Shown one piece after another: positions 21,166 through 30,322 of a stretch of 64,000 nucleotides of DNA. Origin of the DNA: Candidatus Bilamarchaeaceae archaeon (GTDB lineage Archaea > Micrarchaeota > Micrarchaeia > Anstonellales > Bilamarchaeaceae); the NCBI GenBank assembly GCA_038870635.1, contig JAVZJR010000002.1:335-64334 (forward strand). The letters run 5' to 3'. Positions within the stretch are counted from its first letter, which is position 1. Each line of letters opens with the position of its first letter. The notes under the pieces are model-generated. The model did not search any database. It saw nothing but the letters and a program-made list of their open reading frames with translations, and was not told where the DNA came from. The translations under genes and the position numbers were made by a program.

Positions 21166-22578
21166 ATGTCCTATCTTGTTTCTAAAAAAAATTTATTTAC
21201 TCATAAAAAGATGGAAGATTCGTTTTTAAGTAAATCGCCACTTTTTGATGAGAATACGAAACAAAAACACACGTGTTTTGAAAGAGTGTGTGAGAAATTG
21301 TTAACTATTCCAAGGAGAATCTACTCACAAGAGCTTTTGCCATATTTAAATAATACAGAAAAGATTATTGCTAATGGAATTTACGATGGAAAGACAAAAT
21401 GGGAAATAGTTAGAAATGCTTTGGCTGTTATAAAACTGCCCACATTCTATAGCGGAGTCCAATCTCTTGAAAAAAAGATTGATTATTGGTTTGAAAATGG
21501 GCGTATATTAAAAAAACAAAATACTGATCGTATAAAAGAAATAGTGAATAAAGCGATTAAGAGCAAAAGGTACCATAAAGAAATTCTGCCTTTTTTAAAT
21601 GAGCAAGAGAAAAAAGCAATTTCTGTTATTATTTCAAAAGATCAACCAAGGATGAGGGATGTTGGGGAAGTCATAGGTCAAACTGCTGCTTTAAATATCA
21701 TAAAACGCCTTCTTTTTTATTTAGAGAGATGGGAGCAGCGTGGTGTTTTTAAAAAAACAAAAAAAGAAATTAATCAAAAAAAACCATTTGTTCAAACTTT
21801 AACTGAGTTGAAAAATTTAACTTTGCAAAAGCTTAGTAATGGTTATACCTTATCTAATATCGCATGGGACTATAATCTTTGGCTTACTCAATACCAGTTA
21901 CTTGAGTATATAATTAATAATGATGTGAATATAAAAAGTGAAGAATTGGCTCGTAAACTTTCTATTGTTCCCGCAGGGGTTTTTTACACTGCTCACTCTT
22001 TAATAAAAAAGTTATCTTCTGAACCATCTATTGATAAAAATAGACGCAGTCTTCTTCTAAAAGTTAGAAAAAATTTTAAAAAAATAGGCCAAGAAAGATA
22101 CGAGAAAGAGCTTGCACCTTTGTTAAGAGAAAGTGAACGCGAAGTTGTTGATATTTTACTAAAACCAGCTGCTCCACCCTTCTATGTTGATCTTCCAAAA
22201 TCTGTTTTTTTCTATAATCAACAATTAAAATCTATCAATAAAAAAATAGACTGCTTTTTAAAATTTGGAAAATTGAAGGGCTTTTCTATTCCCCCCGATG
22301 GTGTTGTTTTTTTACTTAGAAAAAAAATTATTGCTGCACTAAAAGAAGGTTTGACAACTGAGCAGATTGCTTCCTCTATATTAACGAAAAAAAGTAGTAT
22401 ATTAAAATTGAAGAAAACTTTAAACTTTATTGTTGCTAATAACGAATCACCAAAGTTTCTACATTTGGCAGAGAACTGCGAATTTGAAAAAGGCTATTTA
22501 TTGCACTTATTAAGAAAAACAAAAAAATTTTTAGATAAAAAAACTACTCGTCGCTCGCGTAGCGGAAGTTCTCAGTAG
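21166..22578 (+). CDS. Hypothetical protein with several HTH-like units resembling sigma-70 region 4/LuxR
   Basis: Three repeats R-x(1-2)-Y-x-x-E-[LI]-[LA]-P-x-L-x-x-x-E-[KR]; extra HTH-like SEELARKLSIVPAGV. Confidence 0.5.
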   Translation: MSYLVSKKNLFTHKKMEDSFLSKSPLFDENTKQKHTCFERVCEKLLTIPRRIYSQELLPYLNNTEKIIANGIYDGKTKWEIVRNALAVIKLPTFYSGVQSLEKKIDYWFENGRILKKQNTDRIKEIVNKAIKSKRYHKEILPFLNEQEKKAISVIISKDQPRMRDVGEVIGQTAALNIIKRLLFYLERWEQRGVFKKTKKEINQKKPFVQTLTELKNLTLQKLSNGYTLSNIAWDYNLWLTQYQLLEYIINNDVNIKSEELARKLSIVPAGVFYTAHSLIKKLSSEPSIDKNRRSLLLKVRKNFKKIGQERYEKELAPLLRESEREVVDILLKPAAPPFYVDLPKSVFFYNQQLKSINKKIDCFLKFGKLKGFSIPPDGVVFLLRKKIIAALKEGLTTEQIASSILTKKSSILKLKKTLNFIVANNESPKFLHLAENCEFEKGYLLHLLRKTKKFLDKKTTRRSRSGSSQ

Positions 22579-23005
22579 CAAATTCGTATTCGAATATCTC
22601 ATCTTTTTTAAAGAATCGTTCTATTTCTTTTTGTGCAGTTTCCTTTGAGTCGCTAGCGTGTATTACATTTCTGGAAGTACTATTCGATAAATCGCCTCTC
22701 ACTGTGCCTGCAGGTGCTCTTGTTGCATTAGTTGGCCCTAACATTGTCCTTACTACTTCAACCGCTTCCTTTCCCTCTATTATCGCTGCGATTATAGGGT
22801 GGGTCGTCATGAATTTTTCCAAATCGGGATAGAATGGTTTTTCAACCAAATGTGCATAATGTTCCTTTGCTAAGGTAGGTGTCATCTTTAACATCTTTAA
22901 GGCCACAATCTTTAGTCCTTTTTTTTCAAATCTCGAAATTATCTCTCCTACAAATCCACGTTGTATGGCATCTGGCTTAAGCAATATTAACGTCCTTTCG
23001 CGCAT
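22544..23005 (-). CDS. ndk: Nucleoside diphosphate kinase
   Basis: ERTLILLKPDA, GTVRGD, RNVIHASDS. Confidence 0.97.
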   Translation of the reverse strand: MRERTLILLKPDAIQRGFVGEIISRFEKKGLKIVALKMLKMTPTLAKEHYAHLVEKPFYPDLEKFMTTHPIIAAIIEGKEAVEVVRTMLGPTNATRAPAGTVRGDLSNSTSRNVIHASDSKETAQKEIERFFKKDEIFEYEFATENFRYASDE

Positions 23006-23014
23006 TCATTTCAC

Positions 23015-23233
23015 CTATTTGCTTTTTTCTTTTGTTTCTTTTTTTGTAGCTGTTGCCTCTTTGAATTTTCTGCTGGCTTTTGTCCATTTGAATTTTCTGC
23101 CAGTTCGATTAAGACCAAGAAGGTTTTTTCTGCATTTGCTTGAACAAAAGAGATATGTTGTGCCATCTTTTTTCACGAACATTATGCCTTTTCCTTTTGC
23201 TATGTACTCGGCGCAAAATGAGCATACCGCCAT
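23015..23233 (-). CDS. rpl24e: 50S ribosomal protein L24e
   Basis: CSFC..GKGIMFV...FCSSKC. Confidence 0.95.
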   Translation of the reverse strand: MAVCSFCAEYIAKGKGIMFVKKDGTTYLFCSSKCRKNLLGLNRTGRKFKWTKASRKFKEATATKKETKEKSK

Positions 23234-23237
23234 AGCA

Positions 23238-23441
23238 TCACCTTGTCTTTATCTCTTTTGCTTCTCTCTCAGTATCTGTAAGAATTATTATCATGCCTTT
23301 TTTCACTGGTCCTTTTACATTTCTTAGTATAACTCTTCCTGCGTCAGGCCCTTCAAGCACCTTACAAAGAACTTGGTAGATCTCTCCATACACTCCTGTT
23401 TTTGTTCTTATTTCTACTATTTCAACTGGAAATCCTGCCAT
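23238..23441 (-). CDS. rps28e: 30S ribosomal protein S28e
   Basis: RTKTGVYGE, RNVKGPV, TEREA. Confidence 0.95.
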   Translation of the reverse strand: MAGFPVEIVEIRTKTGVYGEIYQVLCKVLEGPDAGRVILRNVKGPVKKGMIIILTDTEREAKEIKTR

Positions 23442-23455
23442 ATTCTATATTCACC

Positions 23456-23836
23456 CTATTGTTTGGCAGTAGGTTTTGGCAACTTCTTAATAATATCTTG
23501 TAATTTTTCAGTTGCACCGCCCGCATTCTCTACTGCAACTGCCGCAGTTGGTACACCGATTCCTACTGCCTTTCCAAGTTCTGTTTTGCTTGGTACAAAA
23601 GCATAGGGAATACCCTTTTCCTTACACAGTACTGGAAGATGAATCGCTATCTCTTCTGGTGTTATGTCTGTTGCTATAACAACCATTTGTGCAGTTTTTC
23701 TTTCAACTGCTTTGGTCGTCTCATTTATTCCTTTTTTTACTTTGCCGCTCTCTTTTGCTACTGAGAGCATTTCCAATATCTGTGGTATTAAATCCCCTGG
23801 CATTTCTATATCAACCAATTTCGCCATATTTTTCAC
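23456..23836 (-). CDS. rpl7ae: 50S ribosomal protein L7Ae
   Basis: KKGINETTKAVER, LPVLCKEKGIPY, ELGKAVG. Confidence 0.96.
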   Translation of the reverse strand: MKNMAKLVDIEMPGDLIPQILEMLSVAKESGKVKKGINETTKAVERKTAQMVVIATDITPEEIAIHLPVLCKEKGIPYAFVPSKTELGKAVGIGVPTAAVAVENAGGATEKLQDIIKKLPKPTAKQ

Positions 23837-23859
23837 CTCAATTTTTTATCTCATCGGTT

Positions 23860-24051
23860 TTAGTCTTCAATATAAGATTTGAATTTTTTTCTTTTATCCA
23901 TTTGGCCCCAGCAATCCTTGCATATACGTAAGTGGCCGACCTTCTTTCTTTTTGAACTTTTAATACACGCGTTGCAGAGCTTTCTGTTGCAATAATCACA
24001 ACGCTCTAATTTGGCGCTCTGCGCGCCGCATCTTTCACAGGTTTCAATCAT
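23860..24051 (-). CDS. Small Zn-finger protein (four CxxC pairs)
   Basis: CERC, CDYC, CNAC, CKDC; GAGGTG RBS; heads the rpl7ae operon. Confidence 0.75.
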   Translation of the reverse strand: MIETCERCGAQSAKLERCDYCNRKLCNACIKSSKRKKVGHLRICKDCWGQMDKRKKFKSYIED

Positions 24052-24134
24052 TTAAAGCACCTCTAGATTAATATAAATAAAGCATTAGCAGGTTTCTTTC
24101 TTGCTACAAAACCTTTTTATTGGTTTGCAATTTG

Positions 24135-25547
24135 CTATATTGCGAGTTTCCTCCTTCCTCCTTTTAGTGCAATTGCAGTAAGGCGCGTGGCGTTCTTTTT
24201 TTCATTTTCTAGCTGTTTTATTATTGGCTTTGGATCTATATACCCCCATAATTTTAGAGCTTGTGCCAACTCTTTATGGGTTTTTGCGTACTTAGGAGCA
24301 GGAATCCCTTCCATAGCTGCTTCTATTGCTTGTCTCATTGAAATCGCACCAGCGCATGTTCCACCAGGATGACCATGAACGCCTGCTCCTGCTTGTATGT
24401 TTGTGTCATTGCCATGTAATGCTATTAGCGCATCCACTCTACCTGCGTCTAAACCACCAGAAGCTATACTCAGAACTGGCTTTATATGAGGCGCAAACTC
24501 CATCGCAAGCGAGCCAAAATATAGTTTTTCTTCTAATTTATATTGATCTGCGATATCATGATATCTCTTTATTATAAGAGGTGTTCCCTCCATTTTTCCA
24601 ACCCCTGTTCCTATGTGTAATTGATCGATTCCTATTAATCTATAAAATTTTTCATATACTTGAAAATTGATACCAAAAGTACCTCTATTCACAGCAGCAA
24701 AACCCGCTCGATGAGCATGCGTCGCGAAGCCATATCTTCTTGTCACCTCTACCACGCTTTCAAGTAAGGCAAGCCCCATAACGTAAACATCCAGCATAAC
24801 TATGACATTTTTTTGCAATCCCATTGAGTTTAGATAATCTATTCTCTCTATCATTTTTTCATATTTATCTGATATGTTGCTTGAATATACTTTATTCTCA
24901 CCTGTTTCGTCCTTTGCTTTTTCTATTGCTTTTACTACTTCGTGTAATCTGTCTTTCCACTTGCAGAAATCTTGATCCACTAGGTTTTCATCATCCTTAA
25001 CTAAATCCAATCCACCAGCATAGGATTCATAAGCTACGCTTGCCCATTCTTTTGGTGCAAGACCAACTTTTGGTTTTACTATTGTACCTACATGTGGTCT
25101 TCTTGTTTTTTGTGTACCAATAATTTTACGCAATCCTTCAATCCCGTGCAACGGTCCTTTAAAAAGTTTTTGATAATCGAGCGGGAAGGATATATCGCAA
25201 ACATATAATTCTTCTAATTCCTTCATTCCGAATATATTGCCAAGCACAGATGCTTGGAATTGGGATATGTTTTTAGTGTCAAAATGTTCGATTGGATATG
25301 CAATCCACACAAAACCAGAGTTGTTTGTCACTTTATCTATTCTAAAAACACGTGCTCTGTATTTTTTCCAAACAAAATCATTCATTGTTTTTAATTTGGT
25401 CCAAGAGCCTACGCTGCTCTCAGCAGCTATCGCTTCTGCTATATTTTCTATATTTGCTTTTCCCTTCGCCCAGAAAAGAACTACAAAATCATTATTTTTA
25501 TTTGGTTTGTATTTTAAGTCTGTATATTTATACCCACCATATGCCAT
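24135..25547 (-). CDS. rbcL: Ribulose-1,5-bisphosphate carboxylase, form III-type
   Basis: Catalytic set present: AESSVGSW, LGNIFG, VKPKVGL, KDDE, HAHRA, LHIGT..GKMEG, SGG, GAGVHGHP. Confidence 0.93.
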   Translation of the reverse strand: MAYGGYKYTDLKYKPNKNNDFVVLFWAKGKANIENIAEAIAAESSVGSWTKLKTMNDFVWKKYRARVFRIDKVTNNSGFVWIAYPIEHFDTKNISQFQASVLGNIFGMKELEELYVCDISFPLDYQKLFKGPLHGIEGLRKIIGTQKTRRPHVGTIVKPKVGLAPKEWASVAYESYAGGLDLVKDDENLVDQDFCKWKDRLHEVVKAIEKAKDETGENKVYSSNISDKYEKMIERIDYLNSMGLQKNVIVMLDVYVMGLALLESVVEVTRRYGFATHAHRAGFAAVNRGTFGINFQVYEKFYRLIGIDQLHIGTGVGKMEGTPLIIKRYHDIADQYKLEEKLYFGSLAMEFAPHIKPVLSIASGGLDAGRVDALIALHGNDTNIQAGAGVHGHPGGTCAGAISMRQAIEAAMEGIPAPKYAKTHKELAQALKLWGYIDPKPIIKQLENEKKNATRLTAIALKGGRRKLAI

Positions 25548-25563
25548 AAAACCACCCTAAATT

Positions 25564-26700
25564 TTAAATTAATTTAACCAAACCTCTTCCAACCTCCGGG
25601 ATGTTGCCACCAAGCAGATTGGTGCTATTGAGTACAAATGTCATAGTTATAATCATTGCGATTAAGGGCGCGATGCACACAGCATTTACCATTGTCTGTA
25701 GTAATATCAGTATTCCTTTGCCACCAAGTCCAAGAAAGTTTTGTATCGCATCTTTATACGCTTTTAAGAAAGTTATACTTTTCGTTACGCTTGAAAAGCC
25801 CCCCCACCCGCAACCTTCTTTTATTTCTGAGAAATCAGGTACGCTACATAGCTGTTCGTAATGTAAATTTATTTGTTCTGGGGTGCAGGTTGCTTGAAGG
25901 GGGTTTTGATAGTTGTGCGCGGTCAGAGAAGTTGTTTCCCATGTAGAGGGAAGACTTATAGAAGAGAACATTACATACGCAGCCGGGAATACAAAATAAA
26001 ATCCAATAGCAGCAGCCATAAAATAAGCTCCAGCTCCTCTTGTTGGCGGTAAAGCGCGAAGTGCGACCCCGACTGTGAAAAAGAAGCCTGCAAATACTTT
26101 AATGAATTTTATTATGTACATCAAAACATAATACGCATAAAGATAGAATGACAATATGCTTGTAACATTTTTTATTCTTTCAGCGATAGGTTTAATACCA
26201 AAACCAGTTGCAAGTTCAGACATGAATATTTCACTATACCAACTTGCTGCTGCATCTACTGGAATACTCAAAACATACAGCGCGTCGAGTGTTCTTATAG
26301 CACAGTTTTTAGTAGGAGAAAGATAAAGATCAATATAATCCGAAGGTGCGCTTATAGGTGCACTTATCTGTGCAGTTGGAGAAAAACAACCGAATGTTGC
26401 CAAGTATGATGTTTTTAGTATTACATCATCTAAAAGAGGTTCTCCTATAGCAATTAGAAACCCTACTACTATAACAATCGCAATCGTTGACATAGCATAT
26501 ACAAATTCAGTTTTTGCTATTTGCTCAAGATTTTTAAGAGAGAATATTCTTGATAGAACTATTAGTCCGGCCGCAGCCACTATAGCGATTCCAGAAATAA
26601 TTATGGATAACGTCATCCAATCTGCATATGCTGACCTCATAAATGTTTGAGCACGCACGATTGAAAAAAACAAAATTAAAAACAAAAGCATTTTTTTCAT
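25564..26700 (-). CDS. Polytopic membrane protein, paralog 1 of 6 (CedA/VirB6-like candidate)
   Basis: Signal peptide; hairpin LSRIFSLKNLEQIAKTE; core GVALRALPPTRGAGAYF..FYFVFP; C-terminal LLGGNIPEVGRGLVKLI. Confidence 0.75.
   Translation of the reverse strand: MKKMLLFLILFFSIVRAQTFMRSAYADWMTLSIIISGIAIVAAAGLIVLSRIFSLKNLEQIAKTEFVYAMSTIAIVIVVGFLIAIGEPLLDDVILKTSYLATFGCFSPTAQISAPISAPSDYIDLYLSPTKNCAIRTLDALYVLSIPVDAAASWYSEIFMSELATGFGIKPIAERIKNVTSILSFYLYAYYVLMYIIKFIKVFAGFFFTVGVALRALPPTRGAGAYFMAAAIGFYFVFPAAYVMFSSISLPSTWETTSLTAHNYQNPLQATCTPEQINLHYEQLCSVPDFSEIKEGCGWGGFSSVTKSITFLKAYKDAIQNFLGLGGKGILILLQTMVNAVCIAPLIAMIITMTFVLNSTNLLGGNIPEVGRGLVKLI
26663..26700. repeat. 38-bp near-identical repeat encoding the signal peptide of paralog 1; second copy at 31798-31835 (paralog 5)
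   Basis: gaaaaaaacaaaattaaaaacaaaagc(a/g)tttttttcat, 1 mismatch. Confidence 0.9.
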
Positions 26701-27761
26701 TATATCAGCCTCATAAATGAACTCAAATCAACTTCCTCGCCTAAAGACTTACTCAAACCGCGCGCCGTCTGCACAAAAATAAAAGTATTGAATAGCGGAA
26801 TCATAACACCAATCAGAAAAGCTCGCGCTATTATTCCTGAAGCAAAAGCAACTACTGTGAAAAATAGTGAGCCAAAGAAATTTTGTATGAATTTATAAAT
26901 CATAAAAACTGGAGAGAATATGAGCGTCCATATAGTTAAATCGCCAAATATCATACTCTTTATTGTTTCTACTGTGTTAGTTAGGTCATTTGTTATGTTT
27001 GCGAGCGTAAGGAAGTTATTAAAAGATGTAAGAGGCCCGTCATCAGAATATAATACGACATAATCCAACGTTATCAATAGCGGAAAAGCGATTAATAAAA
27101 CCGCGCTTATTGCTATTATGCTGCCCCCTACTTTTCGTGTTGGCGTGAAGCAACGAAGAAAAACTCCAAGAGGTAAATAATATTTAAGAAAAGCATCCAG
27201 TGCAAATAGATAAGTAAAATATTGGGCATAATTTACTATATACGCAACCACGAGGGTTATCATTGATGTTCTGAGCAATTGTTTTAGCGGACCTGCTGTT
27301 CCTGCAAGCGGTGTTGATACAAAACCAACTCCTAAAGGCCTTGTGTGTGGATTTGCAGAAGACATAAGATCAATGGGCATATTGTATATGTAGGTTATCT
27401 GTACCCAACCTAAAATATCTTCTTTTACCTTTATGAAATAATCACCTGTAATATCATAAACGTTTTTAGTCGGTGCGGTTCCAGCTGGTATAAAGTTTGA
27501 TGGTACTACTGTTCCAATTGTTATATTATTTAAGGTGCCTACAATCATAACTATAAAAGAGAGCATTATCGCAGAAACAATGAGTTCAGTAAGTTCGAGT
27601 TTTACACTTCCTTTCATTTGTTCATTTCTCCAAAGTGTTGCCCAAATATATACAAAAGCAAGAAGTATGGCAGAGGTTGTTAATGCAAGTGTAGAATTTG
27701 CTATAAGGTCTCCTGGGAAACCAGCCAAAGCCGAATTTATTATTTCTTGAGCAGTAAGCAT
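26700..27761 (-). CDS. Polytopic membrane protein, paralog 2 of 6
   Basis: YIWATLWRNEQMKGSVKLE; GVFLRCFTPTRKVGG..IAFP; LGEEVDLSSFMRLI; stop overlaps next start (TAATG). Confidence 0.75.
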   Translation of the reverse strand: MLTAQEIINSALAGFPGDLIANSTLALTTSAILLAFVYIWATLWRNEQMKGSVKLELTELIVSAIMLSFIVMIVGTLNNITIGTVVPSNFIPAGTAPTKNVYDITGDYFIKVKEDILGWVQITYIYNMPIDLMSSANPHTRPLGVGFVSTPLAGTAGPLKQLLRTSMITLVVAYIVNYAQYFTYLFALDAFLKYYLPLGVFLRCFTPTRKVGGSIIAISAVLLIAFPLLITLDYVVLYSDDGPLTSFNNFLTLANITNDLTNTVETIKSMIFGDLTIWTLIFSPVFMIYKFIQNFFGSLFFTVVAFASGIIARAFLIGVMIPLFNTFIFVQTARGLSKSLGEEVDLSSFMRLI

Positions 27762-27770
27762 TTATTCACC

Positions 27771-28997
27771 TTATATGATTTTTAGGAATGACATGTAATT
27801 AACATCCGCCGCACCTAGCCGTCCTGCAATTTCTCTAGCATAAGTTAATGTTATGAACACTGAGAAGAATGGAAGTACCGCTCCCATAATTACCACATAG
27901 TATACGCTATTCCTAAGAAGATCGTATGTTCCTACAGCAATCACACCGCAAATTAGGGGAATTAATGCCCCTCCACCTAATATGCCGAATGCAAGGGCCA
28001 TTCCAGTCAAGCCAAAAACACCGCTCTTGGCAACAATGTCTTTTAGTTGTTCTAAGTTGTCTACTAGATATGGTTGAAGAAGTTTGTGTGTTTCGTACAT
28101 GATTATAAACATAATTGGATACATAATGAGCAATGCAATCATTAAAGAAAAAAGAGCAACACCAACTTGTCTTGTTTGAGGAAAAGCTCTTAAAAATATT
28201 GATAAGGGAATGAATAATGACCAACTCCATTTTTTTATGAAGCATAAAAGTATACCTTGGGCCAACCATTCACCTAATGCTAAACCCATTGATTGTAGTC
28301 CTATTGAAACAAGGTCAATAAAAGGTTTAAGAGCAGTGCCGAGATTAAAATTATACATAGAACGGAAGTTAGTACCCACATACATTGTTGCAGTGTAAAA
28401 AATGTGTAAAAGCGTGTTGAAAAGAACCATTGCAGTGTAATTTTTTGATATCTCTGCTACCATTAAGCGAGTAAATGCTATTGCTGCATCTATATATGTA
28501 TCTTTTCCATAATAAACTGGATCAGTAGGTGGTATATTGGAAGTTACAATTTTATAAAAGTAGTTTCCACTTGTTATAATCCCTATAATGACAAGAACAT
28601 TTATTATTGTAAACAATATTGTTATCGATTCATTTTTGACAAATACAATTAAGTTAGGCATCTGGAATATCTGCCCTATCATATATATCAATGCTTCAGC
28701 AAAAATCACTATTATGAGAGCAAGAATTGTTAGTTCTAAGTAGTCAAAGAATACGGGGGCCGGTTCACAACTACCAGTGCTCAACGCCGCAAACATTAAT
28801 GTTACGCCACTGCTGGCCGCTGTAACAGTTACGCTTCCTGTTCTTATGAATGCATCTGCTACATTGTTTATTGTATCCACAGTGTCACTTATGAAATTTT
28901 GAAAATCTGATTCTGTCGGCTGGGCGGTTTGTTGGGCATAAAGAGCGCATGAAAGAAAAATTAAAGATATTATAAAAACAAAATTTTTATTCATCAT
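27771..28997 (-). CDS. Polytopic membrane protein, paralog 3 of 6
   Basis: YMIGQIFQMPNLIVFVKNE; SIFLRAFPQTRQVG..IMYP; LGAADVNYMSFLKII. Confidence 0.75.
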   Translation of the reverse strand: MMNKNFVFIISLIFLSCALYAQQTAQPTESDFQNFISDTVDTINNVADAFIRTGSVTVTAASSGVTLMFAALSTGSCEPAPVFFDYLELTILALIIVIFAEALIYMIGQIFQMPNLIVFVKNESITILFTIINVLVIIGIITSGNYFYKIVTSNIPPTDPVYYGKDTYIDAAIAFTRLMVAEISKNYTAMVLFNTLLHIFYTATMYVGTNFRSMYNFNLGTALKPFIDLVSIGLQSMGLALGEWLAQGILLCFIKKWSWSLFIPLSIFLRAFPQTRQVGVALFSLMIALLIMYPIMFIIMYETHKLLQPYLVDNLEQLKDIVAKSGVFGLTGMALAFGILGGGALIPLICGVIAVGTYDLLRNSVYYVVIMGAVLPFFSVFITLTYAREIAGRLGAADVNYMSFLKII

Positions 28998-30322
28998 ATC
29001 AACCTTGTTAATCCTGCGAGTTCGATATCACCGCCAAGTGTCATGGCAATAGAACGTGTTGCGGCTATACTTCCAAAAATACTGAAAATGAAAAAGAAAA
29101 CAGAGAAAAAGGTGATTCTCGCAGTTATGTCTATATATCCATTATCTCTCCAATCATTGACTGTATCGACAGCAATATTGTGCGTGAAGAAATAAGTAAA
29201 CCATTCTAACATAAACTTTCCTGCTTCAACGACAATATTTTCTTTCTCGCTATCTGATGTTTTTGACCCTAAATCAAAACTGGGATTGAGTCCTTTTTCC
29301 TTTATGTATTTTTGTCTTTCATCCGGAGTCATTAATTGGAGAGCAGCATCAACCTCTTGCGTTTTTCCATAATCTTCCAATATTGTTATCCCACCTATAG
29401 TAGTGTTACCACTTGCGTTTATATATAACGTGTTTATTATGGGCGGGTCGTATGATCCTCTTGGATTTGCTTCTGTATTAGAAAGCCAGGTCGGTCGTGC
29501 TTCTTCTTTTATTTTTATAAGCAGCAAGCCACCTAACGCATATATTGATGGGTAGATGAAATAACCAGTTAGGGCTAAAGCCATCAGTAATCCTCCTAGA
29601 CGACGAGTAAATGTAAAAGTTCGAAGAATACCTCCACTTACCAGCATAATTGGGAATACGGCAATCGCGAAATATTTTATTAATATTTCTTGGAATTTCG
29701 TTAGAAACAATATTCTGGTAAGCCATTTGAAAGAGTATTCAATAACTTGGTTTCTTCTTGAGAAAAAACCTTTCCAAGGTACCCACATCTCCATTCCCAT
29801 CTTTTCATATATTGTTTGGATTGTTACAGAACTCTCAGCAATCATAGACGTCCAAGAGTAAGTGCGTAAAAGATTATATCCAAATATTCTTCCTTCTTCA
29901 TAAATTGTTCTTAAATAATAAATAGCAAGACGCAAATGACATGCAGAAATGTTTTCGTAACCATAGATGTTTTGTCCAGCGTTACAAAGGTCTACTTTTT
30001 GTTCTACATAGCCTGAAGGCGTGGGTACCTTTATGTAAGTAACTGTATTGCTTTGTCCGAGATTAAGTGCAGCGCTTGTTATCATTGTGACTATTGGTAC
30101 CAAGGAGAATAACAAAACAATTATTATAATAGAATAGAATATTTCGTAGAGCTCCATTTTTGCCCAGCTTTTTATTTTTTCATTCATTAAAAATGAGCCT
30201 ATTAAGTAGATGATGGACACTATTAAAGTAGCTATAATGAAAAAAACTCCTGTAAGGGCGATGTAATTTTGTAATAGCGCATCTACGAATGTTGCCGTGT
30301 CCATTTCAATCCCTTTTGACAA
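28994..30322 (-). CDS. Polytopic membrane protein, paralog 4 of 6
   Basis: YLIGSFLMNEKIKSWAKME; GGILRTFTFTRRLGG..FIYP; LGGDIELAGLTRLI. Confidence 0.75.
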   Translation of the reverse strand: MSKGIEMDTATFVDALLQNYIALTGVFFIIATLIVSIIYLIGSFLMNEKIKSWAKMELYEIFYSIIIIVLLFSLVPIVTMITSAALNLGQSNTVTYIKVPTPSGYVEQKVDLCNAGQNIYGYENISACHLRLAIYYLRTIYEEGRIFGYNLLRTYSWTSMIAESSVTIQTIYEKMGMEMWVPWKGFFSRRNQVIEYSFKWLTRILFLTKFQEILIKYFAIAVFPIMLVSGGILRTFTFTRRLGGLLMALALTGYFIYPSIYALGGLLLIKIKEEARPTWLSNTEANPRGSYDPPIINTLYINASGNTTIGGITILEDYGKTQEVDAALQLMTPDERQKYIKEKGLNPSFDLGSKTSDSEKENIVVEAGKFMLEWFTYFFTHNIAVDTVNDWRDNGYIDITARITFFSVFFFIFSIFGSIAATRSIAMTLGGDIELAGLTRLI

